Below, piece after piece: positions 1-11,934 of a DNA stretch of 64,000 bases; within the stretch, counting starts at the first letter, position 1, and every line of letters starts with the position of its first letter. The stretch is from Kudoa neothunni (Eukaryota; Animalia; Cnidaria). The notes under the pieces were generated by a model that did no database searches, had not been told where the DNA came from, and saw only the letters and a program-made list of their open reading frames with translations. The translations under genes were made by a program, and so were the position numbers. The stretch lies in NCBI GenBank assembly GCA_964304625.1, contig OZ199840.1, positions 7,757,744-7,821,743 of the forward strand, in the 5' to 3' direction.

Positions 1-278
1 ATAACATAAGAGGAACGTTGTGATATCGTTGTCGTTGAAACATGTCAGGAGGATATATTCCACGTTGAAATAAAACGCTAGATACAACAATGAAACTTTA
101 AATAACTCTGTAGTCAAAATAAGGCGCGAAATTAAAATTGACGAATACCTATTCACAGAATAATCTAAATAAATCATATCAATTAAATTCATGATTAACA
201 ACTGGTTAAATTACATAGTAGCTCTGAGATTAGAGCGGCACTTCCGGAAAGGGTCAAACCTGGACTGCTAGTCGACAT
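1..278 (-). CDS. MAD2L1: Spindle checkpoint protein MAD2 (HORMA domain), 5' part; runs off the window edge
   Basis: Manual splicing (ATG at 278, 16-nt microexon 149-164, next exon from ~77) gives MSTSSPGLTLSGSAALISELLY-YSVNS-VLFQRGIYPPDMFQRQRYHNVPLML. This matches the MAD2 N-terminus ITLRGSAEIVAEFF..SINSILYQRGIYP. Confidence 0.85.
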
Positions 279-1410
279 TGCTCACGTGACTACCTCAGAC
301 GTCCAACCCCATATTCACGTAAAATCTATAACCTTTCTCGAAAACTTTAAAAATAAAATAATATTTATTCAATTGATTTAGAGGTTAAAATTAATGAATT
401 TTGAGTAGTATGTACTATTATACTGGATAAAAAGTGAGATTAGACTAAGTTGGATATTTTTACTAAAATTATTCTTTTTTATAAGATAAATTAAAATATT
501 GAATTTTAATTGTTAAACATATATTTTGGAATGATTTATTAGTTTTACCAATTTAACGAAATTCTGTAGGATTCTAGCCCATTTTCTTTATTTACGCCGC
601 AGCATTTGAAACAAGATTACCTCTTCTCAAGGAGCTCTTACACATTCTAATATAAAGTTAAAATGCATGGCTTAGATAAACGCAGAGTATTTAGTTAAAA
701 ATCAGACTGTGCCACATTTAACCACAATTTAAATGATATGGTTCTCATTAAAGTTGCGCAAACATAGTCTGAAACATGGCTAATAATCTCAAATTAATAA
801 GAGCCTGATGAAACCATGTACTCATAAAATATTAATCAGCTTGTCCTGCTAGAAAAAGCTTCGTCTCATCGGAAGTTCGCAACCAACGCTATCCCTTCAA
901 GGACGTTGAGTCTGAGGTGTGTTGGATTGTGGATGAAAAAAAAACAATTTTTAAAAGTTGGATCCTAAAGTTATTTGATGTATTTTAGTTAAGATTCAGG
1001 TGATAACTTTATGATTGAAATTACAGATCCTCAGAATTAAAACATGAATTGATTGACGTTCAAATGGGGATTCGGGTTTATTAAACTGAGTGTAATAAAA
1101 TAATTCTACCGATTCGCACATAACAACTACTTAGGAATGATGACATTTGAAAAACATAATTTTAATATATTTTCGATGAATAAAGGTCGTTTGAAGTTAT
1201 TTTTAAATTTAAAGAAAAGAAAAAGGAGACATTCTCCGGGGGGACTAAATGAATAAGATTATGGACTATTAATTTAAATTACTCCATACTACAGTTACCT
1301 TAAACAATCAATGAAGTGTTGTTAACTAATTAAAAATAATATTACATCGAACATTGATGACATTGGTTCGGCAACAAAATTTTTCAGAAAAATATAATGA
1401 GGGTACAGAT

Positions 1411-1958
1411 CAGTGTTTCCCAACATAGGGTCCACGTCCCGCCGGCGGGACATAGAAATTTTTGAACGTTTAATCAACCGCGGAAAATCCTGAATATGCC
1501 ATATGCCAAGGGCAGATATCACATCAGTGTGACACTCGGACTCAGAACATTGAGGTAATAGGTTCGAATCCGCCGGTGGTCAGACTACTGCTTCCATGTC
1601 GGTGGGTCTCTATCCCATATTCGGGAGCCGTGGTTAAAGTGTACGTTCGATGTGAGATGGGGTGAGCGTGAATAGGAGTTTGAATCTCCGGAACCCATCG
1701 AATGGCAAGTAATTTGCAGTCCTCACAGAACCAACTTCCCTAAAGGGATAAGGTTTGGGGTGTTGGTCGCCCTGAGACGAGGATGTTTAGTGAGTTAAAG
1801 TCTCACACTCTACCGCATAAAGATAGGGGGGTTTCATGTTACGCCCTGCGGTGCCTAAAGCGTTAAAGGAAGAGGTATGGCCAACCAGAATTCCACAACC
1901 TAATAAGTTGCGCCAGGGGCTTTACGTTGTAAACAAAAAAATCGGTTGGAAATTATTG
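1411..1958. mobile_element. Degenerate hAT-type MITE (CAGTGTTTCCCAAC end) that appears to enclose the SINE-like element
   Basis: Left end CAGTGTTTCCCAAC at 1411. Degenerate inverse GTTGGAAATTATTG at 1945-1958 (10/14 match). Perfect GC palindrome GTCCCGCCGGCGGGAC at 1436-1451. No convincing TSD. Confidence 0.4.
1510..1900 (+). mobile_element. tRNA-derived SINE-like element
   Basis: GC-rich island with a tRNA-like head at 1510-1582 (B-box GGTTCGAATCC at 1561). A second A/B-box-like segment lies at ~1625-1690. TTTAGTGAG..CTCACAC hairpin at 1786-1808 resembles a LINE 3' end. The 3' boundary is uncertain. Confidence 0.55.
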
Positions 1959-2708
1959 GCTTATACGTTTAAATAGAGTTGAGGCATTAATTGAATGTAG
2001 AAGTGCTGAGAGTGACGTTTAATGATTATACCAACTCTCAAAAAAATTGGGGGAATTTTTTGGATTTATTTCAGACTTTGCTTATTCCTTTTTTCCCCTG
2101 CAATCAAACTAATGGTTTAAACAAAATTTTTCATTTGAAGGTGGCTATAATAATATTTATTTACAATTTCTTAAACAATAGACGAAATATTTTTCAATTA
2201 TTTAAGTTCATTTAATAATCCAATTAAATTAAATTAGCAATAGATGAAACGACAACCAATAAGCAATCAGAAACAAAAACGACAAACGAATAAAAAAAGC
2301 CAATAAAAGTACTTTTATTAATTTTATAAAAAACATTACGAGATTGTAGGGATACAAAAACAGGACCCATATATCATCGCCCATACGTTTAACTTCCAAA
2401 AATCCTATTTATAACGCTCTTAAGTGTGGAGAAAAGTTGACAGTTGTCCTTTCTAATATTGAGCATTTTCACGTTGACTCTGCTCATCAGATAGAAACTA
2501 AACAGAATAATAATAGAAAAATTATCAAGAAATATCTTATATCAAGTTACCGCGTATTGAAAAGGTCATTAAAGTCAATAGTTAATTTGAATACAGTTTT
2601 AACAGTTGCCAAGGGAGAGATGCGATAATTCGATGGCTTATCAAAATGTTCAATTAAAGATTCTTTAGGGTAGATATTCCTAAGTAGGTAAGGCTCAATA
2701 AAAACATT

Positions 2709-3670
2709 TCACAGAAATACATATATCGAGGCAGATAAAAAATCCAAATACCATACGATGGGAACTTGAAGATCGATCGAATTGAGAACAACAGATATAG
2801 TTGGTAAGTGGTTGTCAAATTCACCCCGGTAGGATTGCATATTGGTGCCATCAGGGAAAACATTGATAACAGAGCTATCAATGTTGTAGGTACAGATCTT
2901 TTTGCATTCCACAATGTGGTTGTTGCCAAAGAGAAGTAAGACCGCAACTCTTGAAGCAAAATAAGAGATCGAAGGACAAAGCAGAGCAGCCAATTGTTTC
3001 ACAACAATATTTTGTTCATCCAGAAAAATATCATTATCAGTTGGATTGGTTTCTGCAGCAATCAAATTGAAAATGCTATCCTAAAATTGAAGGTAAGCTT
3101 ATGAGAATCGACGTAGGATAGATTAAACCCTCCAACTAATGAATATATGGGACTGAATTTAGCTCCTTTTTCATTGAAAAAATATTACGTTGGGCTAATA
3201 CTAATAAACATATCCTTAGTACGATTTAATTTTTAACTATGTAAACAATCTTAGATCAATAACAGTTAAAAACTAGAACCTATTAAAAATTTTATTTTTA
3301 ATATGTTGAATTTGCAATATTGTGAATGATTTGAAAGTCCTAAGGGGAAAAAATAATTTACCAGATGACCATTGATTACATTATTCAGTGCTAGGATGTT
3401 AATATTGGAAATATTGTCCAAATGAGTATAATAAAATAAATATCAAACTACATACTTATATGGCAAAGTCAATACCGTTCAATTTCTTAGACTTTCTGAG
3501 GTAAAAATCTTGTTAAAACGATAGATTGCTATTTTTATTGATTGGATTTTACATTAAATATGTATTATTGACTTAAATATAGTTGTGAAACATACCGTTA
3601 AAGACAAATTTCCAATAGAACCCAACAAATCTAGAGTGTGTATTATTTCTCGTAAAAAGTTTCAATGTTC
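2709..3670 (-). CDS. Unknown multi-exon protein (5' end unresolved)
   Basis: Terminal exon 2709-3080 (118-aa ORF) plus small upstream exons joined by canonical GT-AG sites in compatible phases (...FYWKFVFN-DFYLRKSKKLN-ALNNVINGHL-DSIFNLIAAE...). No family recognised. Confidence 0.45.
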
Positions 3671-5356
3671 CTTGAAATACACGTATACATTATTACTTAT
3701 GTATTATTAGCAGTGCTCATCCATTTAATTTACATATTATAAAAGATAGGTGACTTCAATAATTATCAAGTTTTAAATGTTCCATTTATTGGAAATACCT
3801 GTTCCTCCTTTTCTACGAAGTTTAACGTTCTCTAGCTTCAACATATTTATCTCAATAATTCGAAAAGAATTCTCTAGAAGTATCAACTTCACAAAAATGG
3901 TTTAAAAAAATAGGATAAAATAATTGTAATTTATTTTTCTCTTATTTAGGAGAATATGTCATCTAAGAATCTTCTGTTTACACTAATTTTAAAGCATTTT
4001 GGAGTGAGATAGGGCTTCAAATCCGTTGAGGATAGAAAAATTTTAAAAAATAGCATTACACACATGAAGATTGAAACTGGTTAAAATACAATAAAATTAA
4101 TAGAAAATAAAAAAAATTTATTTATTACACAAGTTTCAGCAAATAACAATAAAAGATCGTCACAAACTATGCTATATTCTAAAGCTAAACTGAAATTTTC
4201 TTTTGATTTATTTGAAAAGAGTTGTAATAGTGTTTATTTGAGAATTTGTCATTCTAGATCGTGTTGATAATAACTACAAAGTCTCAGATTTAATATAATA
4301 AAATAATAATCGTGAAAAGTCGAAAAATCGATGGCAAAATTATTGCTGATAATTAAAAAAAATTTGTTGATTATAAAAAATACACAACTGAAAAATGAAA
4401 AATTATTCAACTAATTAACAAGAAATAACAGAATATCGGTATTTTCCAAATCACTTTTAGATTATATTACTCGAAGATACATACTTAGCGAGAAACTCTT
4501 CTGAAAACATGACACGAAGTGTATTTAAAATAATTTTTCAATAATAAAATTAATATAATATCGTAAGATTTAATTAATGATGACTGCACCATAAATTTTT
4601 CATAAAATGCTGGAAAACTATCTCCAAATGTTATCCCACAGCTGTTTCAAGATGGTCGACATCCATGAATATTACTTTTAAAATGGTAAGAATAGTTTCT
4701 CTTAGCACAAATGAACATAAAGTAAAGTTGAAAAAAATATATTGATTGATTGGCGTATTTAACCTTTTATGATCACAAGATACTAGAATCTCATTTTTTA
4801 AATGAAAGTCCTTTTTCTTCTCACGTATAAAAAATATATTATGTTCTTAAGAAAAACCACTCCTAATGTAGTAGTTCCAAATGGTCATTTTAATCACATT
4901 AAAATGATAATAGCAATAAGCGAGCGAAGTTTTATTCATTGTGAAGTTATTTTAGGTTCTGTGAATATTCAAATGCCCAGTTTTAGACACATTTTCTAAG
5001 TAAATACAATATCTTCCTCATTTCGCCACTTTTGTGAAGATATTTATTAACAAAATGTCACATAGAGAAAAGACAATGAAAAATTCGAAAAACCTTTAAT
5101 TATTTATTTAATAATAGACTTAATAGATTTTTAATGTAAAATTTAATTTTTATACAAAGAAAAATATCAAACTTCAACCGTTACATGACCCCACATTGGA
5201 TACAAAACCAATTAAAACTGTTTTATACTCAATTAATTATCTTTCAACATTATAAAATATTATCATTATAAATTAACTAATTTACCTCAAAATATGACAG
5301 CTCCATTCGGATGTGTCTTATTTTATAAAATAAGAATAAACAGTACACTACTAAAG

Positions 5357-7527
5357 TTAAGTAGGCTGAAATTCATTCATAGTTGCTAATTGTGCAACGT
5401 CCATTTGTATTATTGTTAAAAATTTTAGGATATATTTTGGCCCTAAACATTAAAGCTATATTGAATTTGTTTTTATGGTCAGATGATTATTAGGAGATAT
5501 CAAAAAAACTTACTAGTTTTTTTATAATACTTTTGGTAGTTTTTGAGGGGTTGGTTTCATTAGGAAATATATGATCATCTAAAGGCAAAAGTTAACACCA
5601 AGTAAATTTACAAAATTCCAACACAAGTAATAAATTACTTATGCACCATGGATGAAAAGCACCCTCGCTATAAACAACTGAATTCAAATATTGATGATTT
5701 TCCATTTCAAGTGGATTAATAGCAATATTTTTGGTTTCATAATCACAACAATCCTTAATTTTAACAGGTGATAACATACTCAAATTATATAAAAAATTAA
5801 AATAATAATAGTTATACTTTTAAAATATTTTCAATTATGGAGGGAAAAACATGATAACAACAAGGTACATCAATATTTGATATCTCAAGTGAGGCAAGTT
5901 TCTCACAATACAACTAGAAGACCAAATTAAATCAAATTGTTGATGGAAATGTGTGGTCATCACTTTAATAAGTTGTTCATAACTGTGTAACATATCGTTT
6001 TTAATGTTTTTATGGAACAGCAAATCATAAGAGGATTTCATGCTCATATATTTCAAATGTATTGGATTAAGCATGATGTGTGGAGGTCGTAATTCGTAGG
6101 TTAACTAAAAACTATCTGCTAAAAACTCTAACCAACCACATCCGCAAGATACATGACTGAGAGTTATCCAACGTAATGAAGCATCTTTGAGATAGTTGGA
6201 TAACATGCAATTGTCTTTCAAAAGACTACCCGCGTCTGAATACATAGCAAGTGGGCGATAAGCATCAGCAACATTTTGAAAATAGACATATTTTTCGCGT
6301 ATAAACTCCAATATCCCACAAACCACATCCTAAGATAGAGTCTAACTTAGTAGGAGAAAATCAGGTGGAAATTTTGACAAAAACCACTTGCCTTATAGGC
6401 TTTTTTGGTGAGAGATTCATTGTGAGTATCTATGTTACAGTAGCAACTTAATGACTTCAATTTCTTTTGAATGTAACCATTCAAATGTTCCGATGCTAAT
6501 TCCACATCGCTGGAAACATTGTTAAAGAAATTAGTGATCATTTCAGTGGTTATATTGTAGTTGTGATGTTCGGTTGCAATTAGATCAGGCCTTAAGAACT
6601 TATTTGAAGCACATGTGGAGTCAACATCCGAATAGTTGTATTCATTGTTATCACTATCATGTTTATCCAGATCGTCACTCGTCCCTCCTACCTTGCTATC
6701 GGTAGTCGTGTAAGTGAGGGATCGATCTTTAATTGGGTTTTTTTTGTTCTCGTTTACCACACTTAATTGTGATAATTTTCCCCACATTGTATCCATCGAC
6801 TCATTCAATGAGAGATCATCATTTGCAACAAATATCTCGTTGAATTGCGTACTATCGTGCAACATAGCGCACAACAGCGAACTCATACACACTATATGAG
6901 TGCTATAATTGGACATCATTTCGGTGTATTTTTCTAAGAATTTCTTATATGTGGTGGAATCAAACCCTTCCAATTGAACTGGTTTCATTTTTTTGTAAAC
7001 AGAAACGAAAGAGCACTTCAGTAGAAACACAATTATTTATACACAACCAATCACCACTAAACAATGTCCCCAGGCCCTTAATGGAGATCAATGCGCGCAG
7101 CTTATTGTTTTTATCAGATTTTCGGCATGAGAAAATTGTACATCTCTAACCTGTAATAAATAAGGATTCCAGTAATTGTTTACATTAGTAGATCTGGCTT
7201 ATTGATAGTTGATGTGAAAATTCTCTCAATGTGTTAAAATTCACGTATTTATGAATTAGTTGCCTATTTGATTATAATTTGATGGTTTTTTAACTTGATC
7301 TAATTCCAATCAGCTTTTATCTCGGTATTAGCGCAACGTTTGCATCTTAAGCTGGATTGAGATTCCGATCACCCTATTCTCCCGAAAACAACAACAAACA
7401 TTCAAACCTGTTTTCTTATTAATTTCGAATCACAAGAAACAATTAAATCTTATGGAATAGCGTTATAATTTAACAAAAAATTGGACAAATCAAATAAGGC
7501 ATTAGGATCGTCACATCCAGTAGCCAT
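5357..7527 (-). CDS. Unknown multi-exon protein (~500-600 aa) with an acidic linker
   Basis: Chain of minus-strand ORFs (6347-7030, 6105-6326, 5835-6074, 5592-5783) joined by short GT-AG introns, e.g. the 48-nt intron ending at 6105. Candidate ATG at 7527. Both ends are uncertain. Confidence 0.55.
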
Positions 7528-7602
7528 TAAAATAATTAATAGAATATTACGGGTGGTAATTAAAGATATTAACATCTAATAGTTCCTTTGAGAATATATA
7601 AA

Positions 7603-8183
7603 ATGAAAACGTTTTTTTCCACAAAAAATATTTTGATGACATAATCAGTTCTTTGCTGTTTTCGTGGATATGATAAATTACTTCACCTCCCATCAGAGTC
7701 CATAACAAAGATTAAACATCTAGATGAGCAAGTTACGATGAGAGTACGTGACACAAGAACTGGCTTATATGTTCAAATAATGATGGATTCAATCTAGAAA
7801 CGTTACTAATGATTGTACAATGCAATGATCACCTAGCTAAAGTTAAAAGGATGCGTCAGGGAAAATTCTATAAATTTTAGAGTCAGATGAATTAATGCAT
7901 CGTAGTTATTACGATTAGAGGACGCCGTTGTTTCGATTGAAATTGATTTTTTAGTCGTCGAGTTTTTAGAAAAGGTTCGGCGTGTATTTTTCCCGTTACG
8001 TCAGAAATATTCCGAAAAACTTGAAACGGGAAGTAAACGGAGAGAAATTAATAATTTTCTTGTTGAATTGATCCACTTAGAGAAGGTGGAAAATGAATCA
8101 GTCTGCAAATATTACAAAGTGCAATTATCTCTACAGCTAAATGATATTTACGAGACAATAAGGTCCGAGAAACACACTTTATA
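7603..8183 (+). CDS. Possible small spliced gene, divergent from the previous gene
   Basis: Coding-like open segments (LCCFRGYDKLLHLPSESITKIKHLDEQVTMR; RLEDAVVSIEIDFLVVEFLEKVRRVFFPLRQKY...) with plausible splice sites. The model does not close cleanly. Confidence 0.3.
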
Positions 8184-8492
8184 AAAAAGCATTTCAAGAC
8201 ACTTCTTGACCAGTTATTTTTCCACAGATAAAATGAATAACAAAATTAAGTAAAATTTAGTTTCTGTTAATGGTCTCGACATTCTACCGTTATCGCTATT
8301 TGATATGAAAATTTTTTTATAAATTTAGAGATAAAATATTCGCGCGCGCGCTCACTAACCAAACACAATAAACGTGGAAAAATTGCGACTCTGATTGTAA
8401 TATTCATCATCCACTATCAATTGCACTAACCTCTGAATGTACTGACAGAGATCTATAATGCATTTGAGGATTATTGGGACAAATGAACTTAA

Positions 8493-9417
8493 CCTTCTAA
8501 ATAGCTGAAAAATTTACACCCTCCAAATAAAAATTGGGTAGAAATTTACCCCATTTTTTTATTTGATAAAATTGTCTCAAATAAAAGTCAGAATTGACTG
8601 ACAAAATATGAGGAAAATTCATCGAATAAATTTTGAATAAACGATCAATTATTAAAGAAATATTCCATTCACGCATGCACACATATTTATGTTGTTCCAT
8701 TTCCATGGAGTATGATTGTATTTATAGGTGTATTTCTGCGGTTTTTAATTTTAACATTTAATTCAAGTTATATAACAACGACTAATTAATTAATTAATTT
8801 TATTAAAAAAACGCAGTGTATTACTGCATAGAAAAACACAAAATGATGACAAACAGTATTTATTTCACAAAAAAGTTATCGTATATGTTTTTAAACTCTT
8901 TCTTAAAAATAAAACTTGTCAAAATATTGAACAATTATATCATATGTTTTTTAAATGCACTTTACATCGTAGAAATAAGCAAGCGGATGAAAAGTCATCT
9001 TATTTTGAATAACTGGTATAAAAACAATGAGAGAATGAGGAGCTATCGTTGTATTCTGGAGAGAAAGACATGCTTATATCGATTTCGCGCACGCGTATTT
9101 ACATAGTGTGTATAGTGTTTCGTTATTTATTCATCATTTACTCGATAGAATTTCAGTAAATTTTTAAAAATCACATGTATCAATATTTTAATTAATTTTA
9201 TGAAAGAAAAATGAGGGATGGATTTCTACCTCAATTTTATTTGGAGGGTGTTTTTATATTAACTTTTTTGATATATGATAAAAAAAAATTTCGACTCATT
9301 TTTCTGAAAGTTTTCATAAAGACTACAAAAGTGGAAAGGATTTATGTTCTTTTTATACACTATAATATTGTTGGCAAAATTCACTTGGGGTAGAAATCTA
9401 ACATTTTATTTACAAGG
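8493..9417. mobile_element. Non-autonomous piggyBac-type element
   Basis: TTAA at 8489-8492 and 9418-9421 flank CCTT...AAGG termini. Subterminal inverted repeats: ACACCCTCCAAATAAAAATTGGGTAGAAAT / ATTTCTACCTCAATTTTATTTGGAGGGTGT. Confidence 0.7.
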
Positions 9418-9927
9418 TTAAACATATGAAAATATATATGGAACGATCAAATAAATTAATGATTTTACTCATAGTAAAATTTTATGACATTTAGATTTTA
9501 AAATTAAAAAATTAAAATTACTAATTAAAACATTTATTTACAGTCACATGATGATAGATATGAGGAATCTTAAATATTTTTTTAAAGAAGACGAAATTTT
9601 ATCTGTTAAAGATGTAAGTGAATTAATGGGATGATGTATTTAATTTCATGACATAAATGATGAGTAGAACTTTTATTCAATTCATTTTGATTTAATTAAT
9701 TTAGAATATAAAAAATCGAGCTTGATTTTGTGATATCACCATTATAAATGAAATACAATTTTGAAAATCTTAAAAAATATAAATGGTGCATTCGGTAAAA
9801 AATGCATTATTAAAATTGTTCAAAGGCGCAACACTTGAGCCAAAAATATTGAATTAATCATTAGTAATCCATAAAAATGTATCAGAGAGGTTGGTAAAAT
9901 TATTTATTACATATTTTATAACTAGTA

Positions 9928-11404
9928 GCCGTAATTTTCGATGACTATTTTTAAAAAATTTGACGTTTATTTAAATAACTGGCGCATGCGCAACAAACAC
10001 TATCAATTTTAATGCCACCGAAATAAACATAGATATAATTTTCCTTTAAAGCATAATTTTTATTACATTGTAATTCGTTCAAATGCCAGATTCACCATAT
10101 AATCTTTGAACAAATGCTACAATTTTGAGAAATGTCTTCCCCGACTGTAGGTGATAGCGGTATGTGCACCAAATCTTGGCCTACCCTAGACAATACGGAA
10201 TGCTTTGATTTGTTTATTCTTTAAAATTTAGAAACTATCATTTTATCACTTCTATGGAATGAAAATTTCAACAACTCTTACTGTAGCATTTCTCGTCGAT
10301 CGGTATTAACAAATTTTGATATTTTTTTTAGATTAATTTCTTCAATATTTTTACATTGAGTGATTTCGATATTTTTAGTGAATTTAAGAAAACATTCTTC
10401 CGTTTGTTTTCTCAAAAGTTGGATAGTTGAAAAAATAGCACGTCAACGAAATTTGATATTTTATTCATAATTTTATTTTTCTCACGTATCCGTAATATCA
10501 AGTTTTTGTAGACCGGTTTTTGGATAGCATAGCCAATAACTTCGCGCAGAGTTTCTTAATGTTTAGAAATTATACATCCACAGCTTTCCATATTGCATTG
10601 CAGATTAAATGCGAGACACATGACATCCTTACGATATGATTATGAAGCATTCAAATAATTTCATGATATTTCTCCATACACGCAACGGAGCCCCATATGA
10701 TGGTCACAGTGTTCTGCCAACCTAATTTTTTCTTCTCAAGTGCCTCTGAAATTACTTTGGGAAAATAACTAATTAAATTAACAAATCTATATTTATGATT
10801 GATCATAAAAACAAGTCAATATGTTAAATAGTGACCTGTCTTTAAAATCAGAGCTTTCGTCTATTATTTGGGAACATCATTTATTTCTTAAGATCGATTT
10901 AGTGGTTTCCGAATTTAATTCCTATATTCTTGGCAGGTTTGTATCTACAAAAGTTTTATCATTAAACAATGTTTGACTTGCTTAGTAATATTTTGCGAAA
11001 ACAAGGCGATATCCGCGTTTACTGTCACTAAATAACAGCAGAAGTCCATTAAACGCAAAAATAAAAACCAGGTTCGTTTTTAACTAATTATTCGATATAT
11101 CCTTAAAATAATATTGGAAATTTGCGGGAAGTTTTCAAAATGCGCTTTTGATGACGGTTGTTTTTAAATAAATATGCGCCATAATCCTATTTTGTGATAG
11201 AGACAGTATGCTTAAAAGTCCGCTAATTAGATCGTTGCTAATATTCTATAAATTTGTTTACTCGTCTATATAATTGTCAATTTGTTTTTTTCTCTTCATA
11301 ATGAAACGAAAAAAGATCAACAAATTATCTCGACTTTAACCGAAAATGCAAAAATATTTCTAAAAAATTCGACGTTTTTTTGATTTTAATCGAAAATGCG
11401 GCCT
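9928..11404. mobile_element. TIR DNA transposon, long non-coding or decayed copy; superfamily unassigned
   Basis: Ends GCCGTAATTTTCGA...TCGAAAATGCGGCC. Extensive similarity to the shorter copy at 31807-32433. Confidence 0.7.
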
Positions 11405-11934
11405 TTAATTGTAGCTTAAAATAATTATTGATAATTAAAAAATCATTTATATAAACGATTTTGGAAATACGGGATTGCACAAAGAATTAAGAAAAGTCTA
11501 TAAATTATATATGTTATTATAATATTTATGACATCTTTTTGTTTCATAAATGTTTCAATAAGTCTAGTAAAATCTAATTATACATAGGAATCATTCATCA
11601 GACATTCAACTCGAAACTTCCAAGTATTGTGAAACCTTAATTTGATATTTAAGTATAAATTTGTATATCAAAAATGAATTAATGGGAAATTTTTTCATTA
11701 ATATTTTGAATAACCCCCGAAAAATTGAATTAAAATGAATTAACGTGAAATGATTTTATCAAGTTCTCCAACTATGATTGTCGTGGACATCTCATGAAAT
11801 CGATTGCATTCGCATGATAAAATATATACTAAACAAAACGAATAAAAAATGTAAAAATTATTAGCTTAAAAATAATAAATTACAATATATCTTTTAAATA
11901 GTAATAAAATTAATCGACGAATGAGTCGATGAGC

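Noticed and set aside
1575-1930. RNase P/MRP RNA (CAGACTACT and CAGGGGCTTTAC resemble CR-V)
   Set aside because: No matching CR-I/P4 partner in the right order; the tRNA head favours a SINE.
6105-6107. In-frame TAG between two same-frame ORFs suggesting readthrough or a variant genetic code
   Set aside because: The TAG is the acceptor of a 48-nt phase-0 GT-AG intron. Conserved genes here use the standard code.
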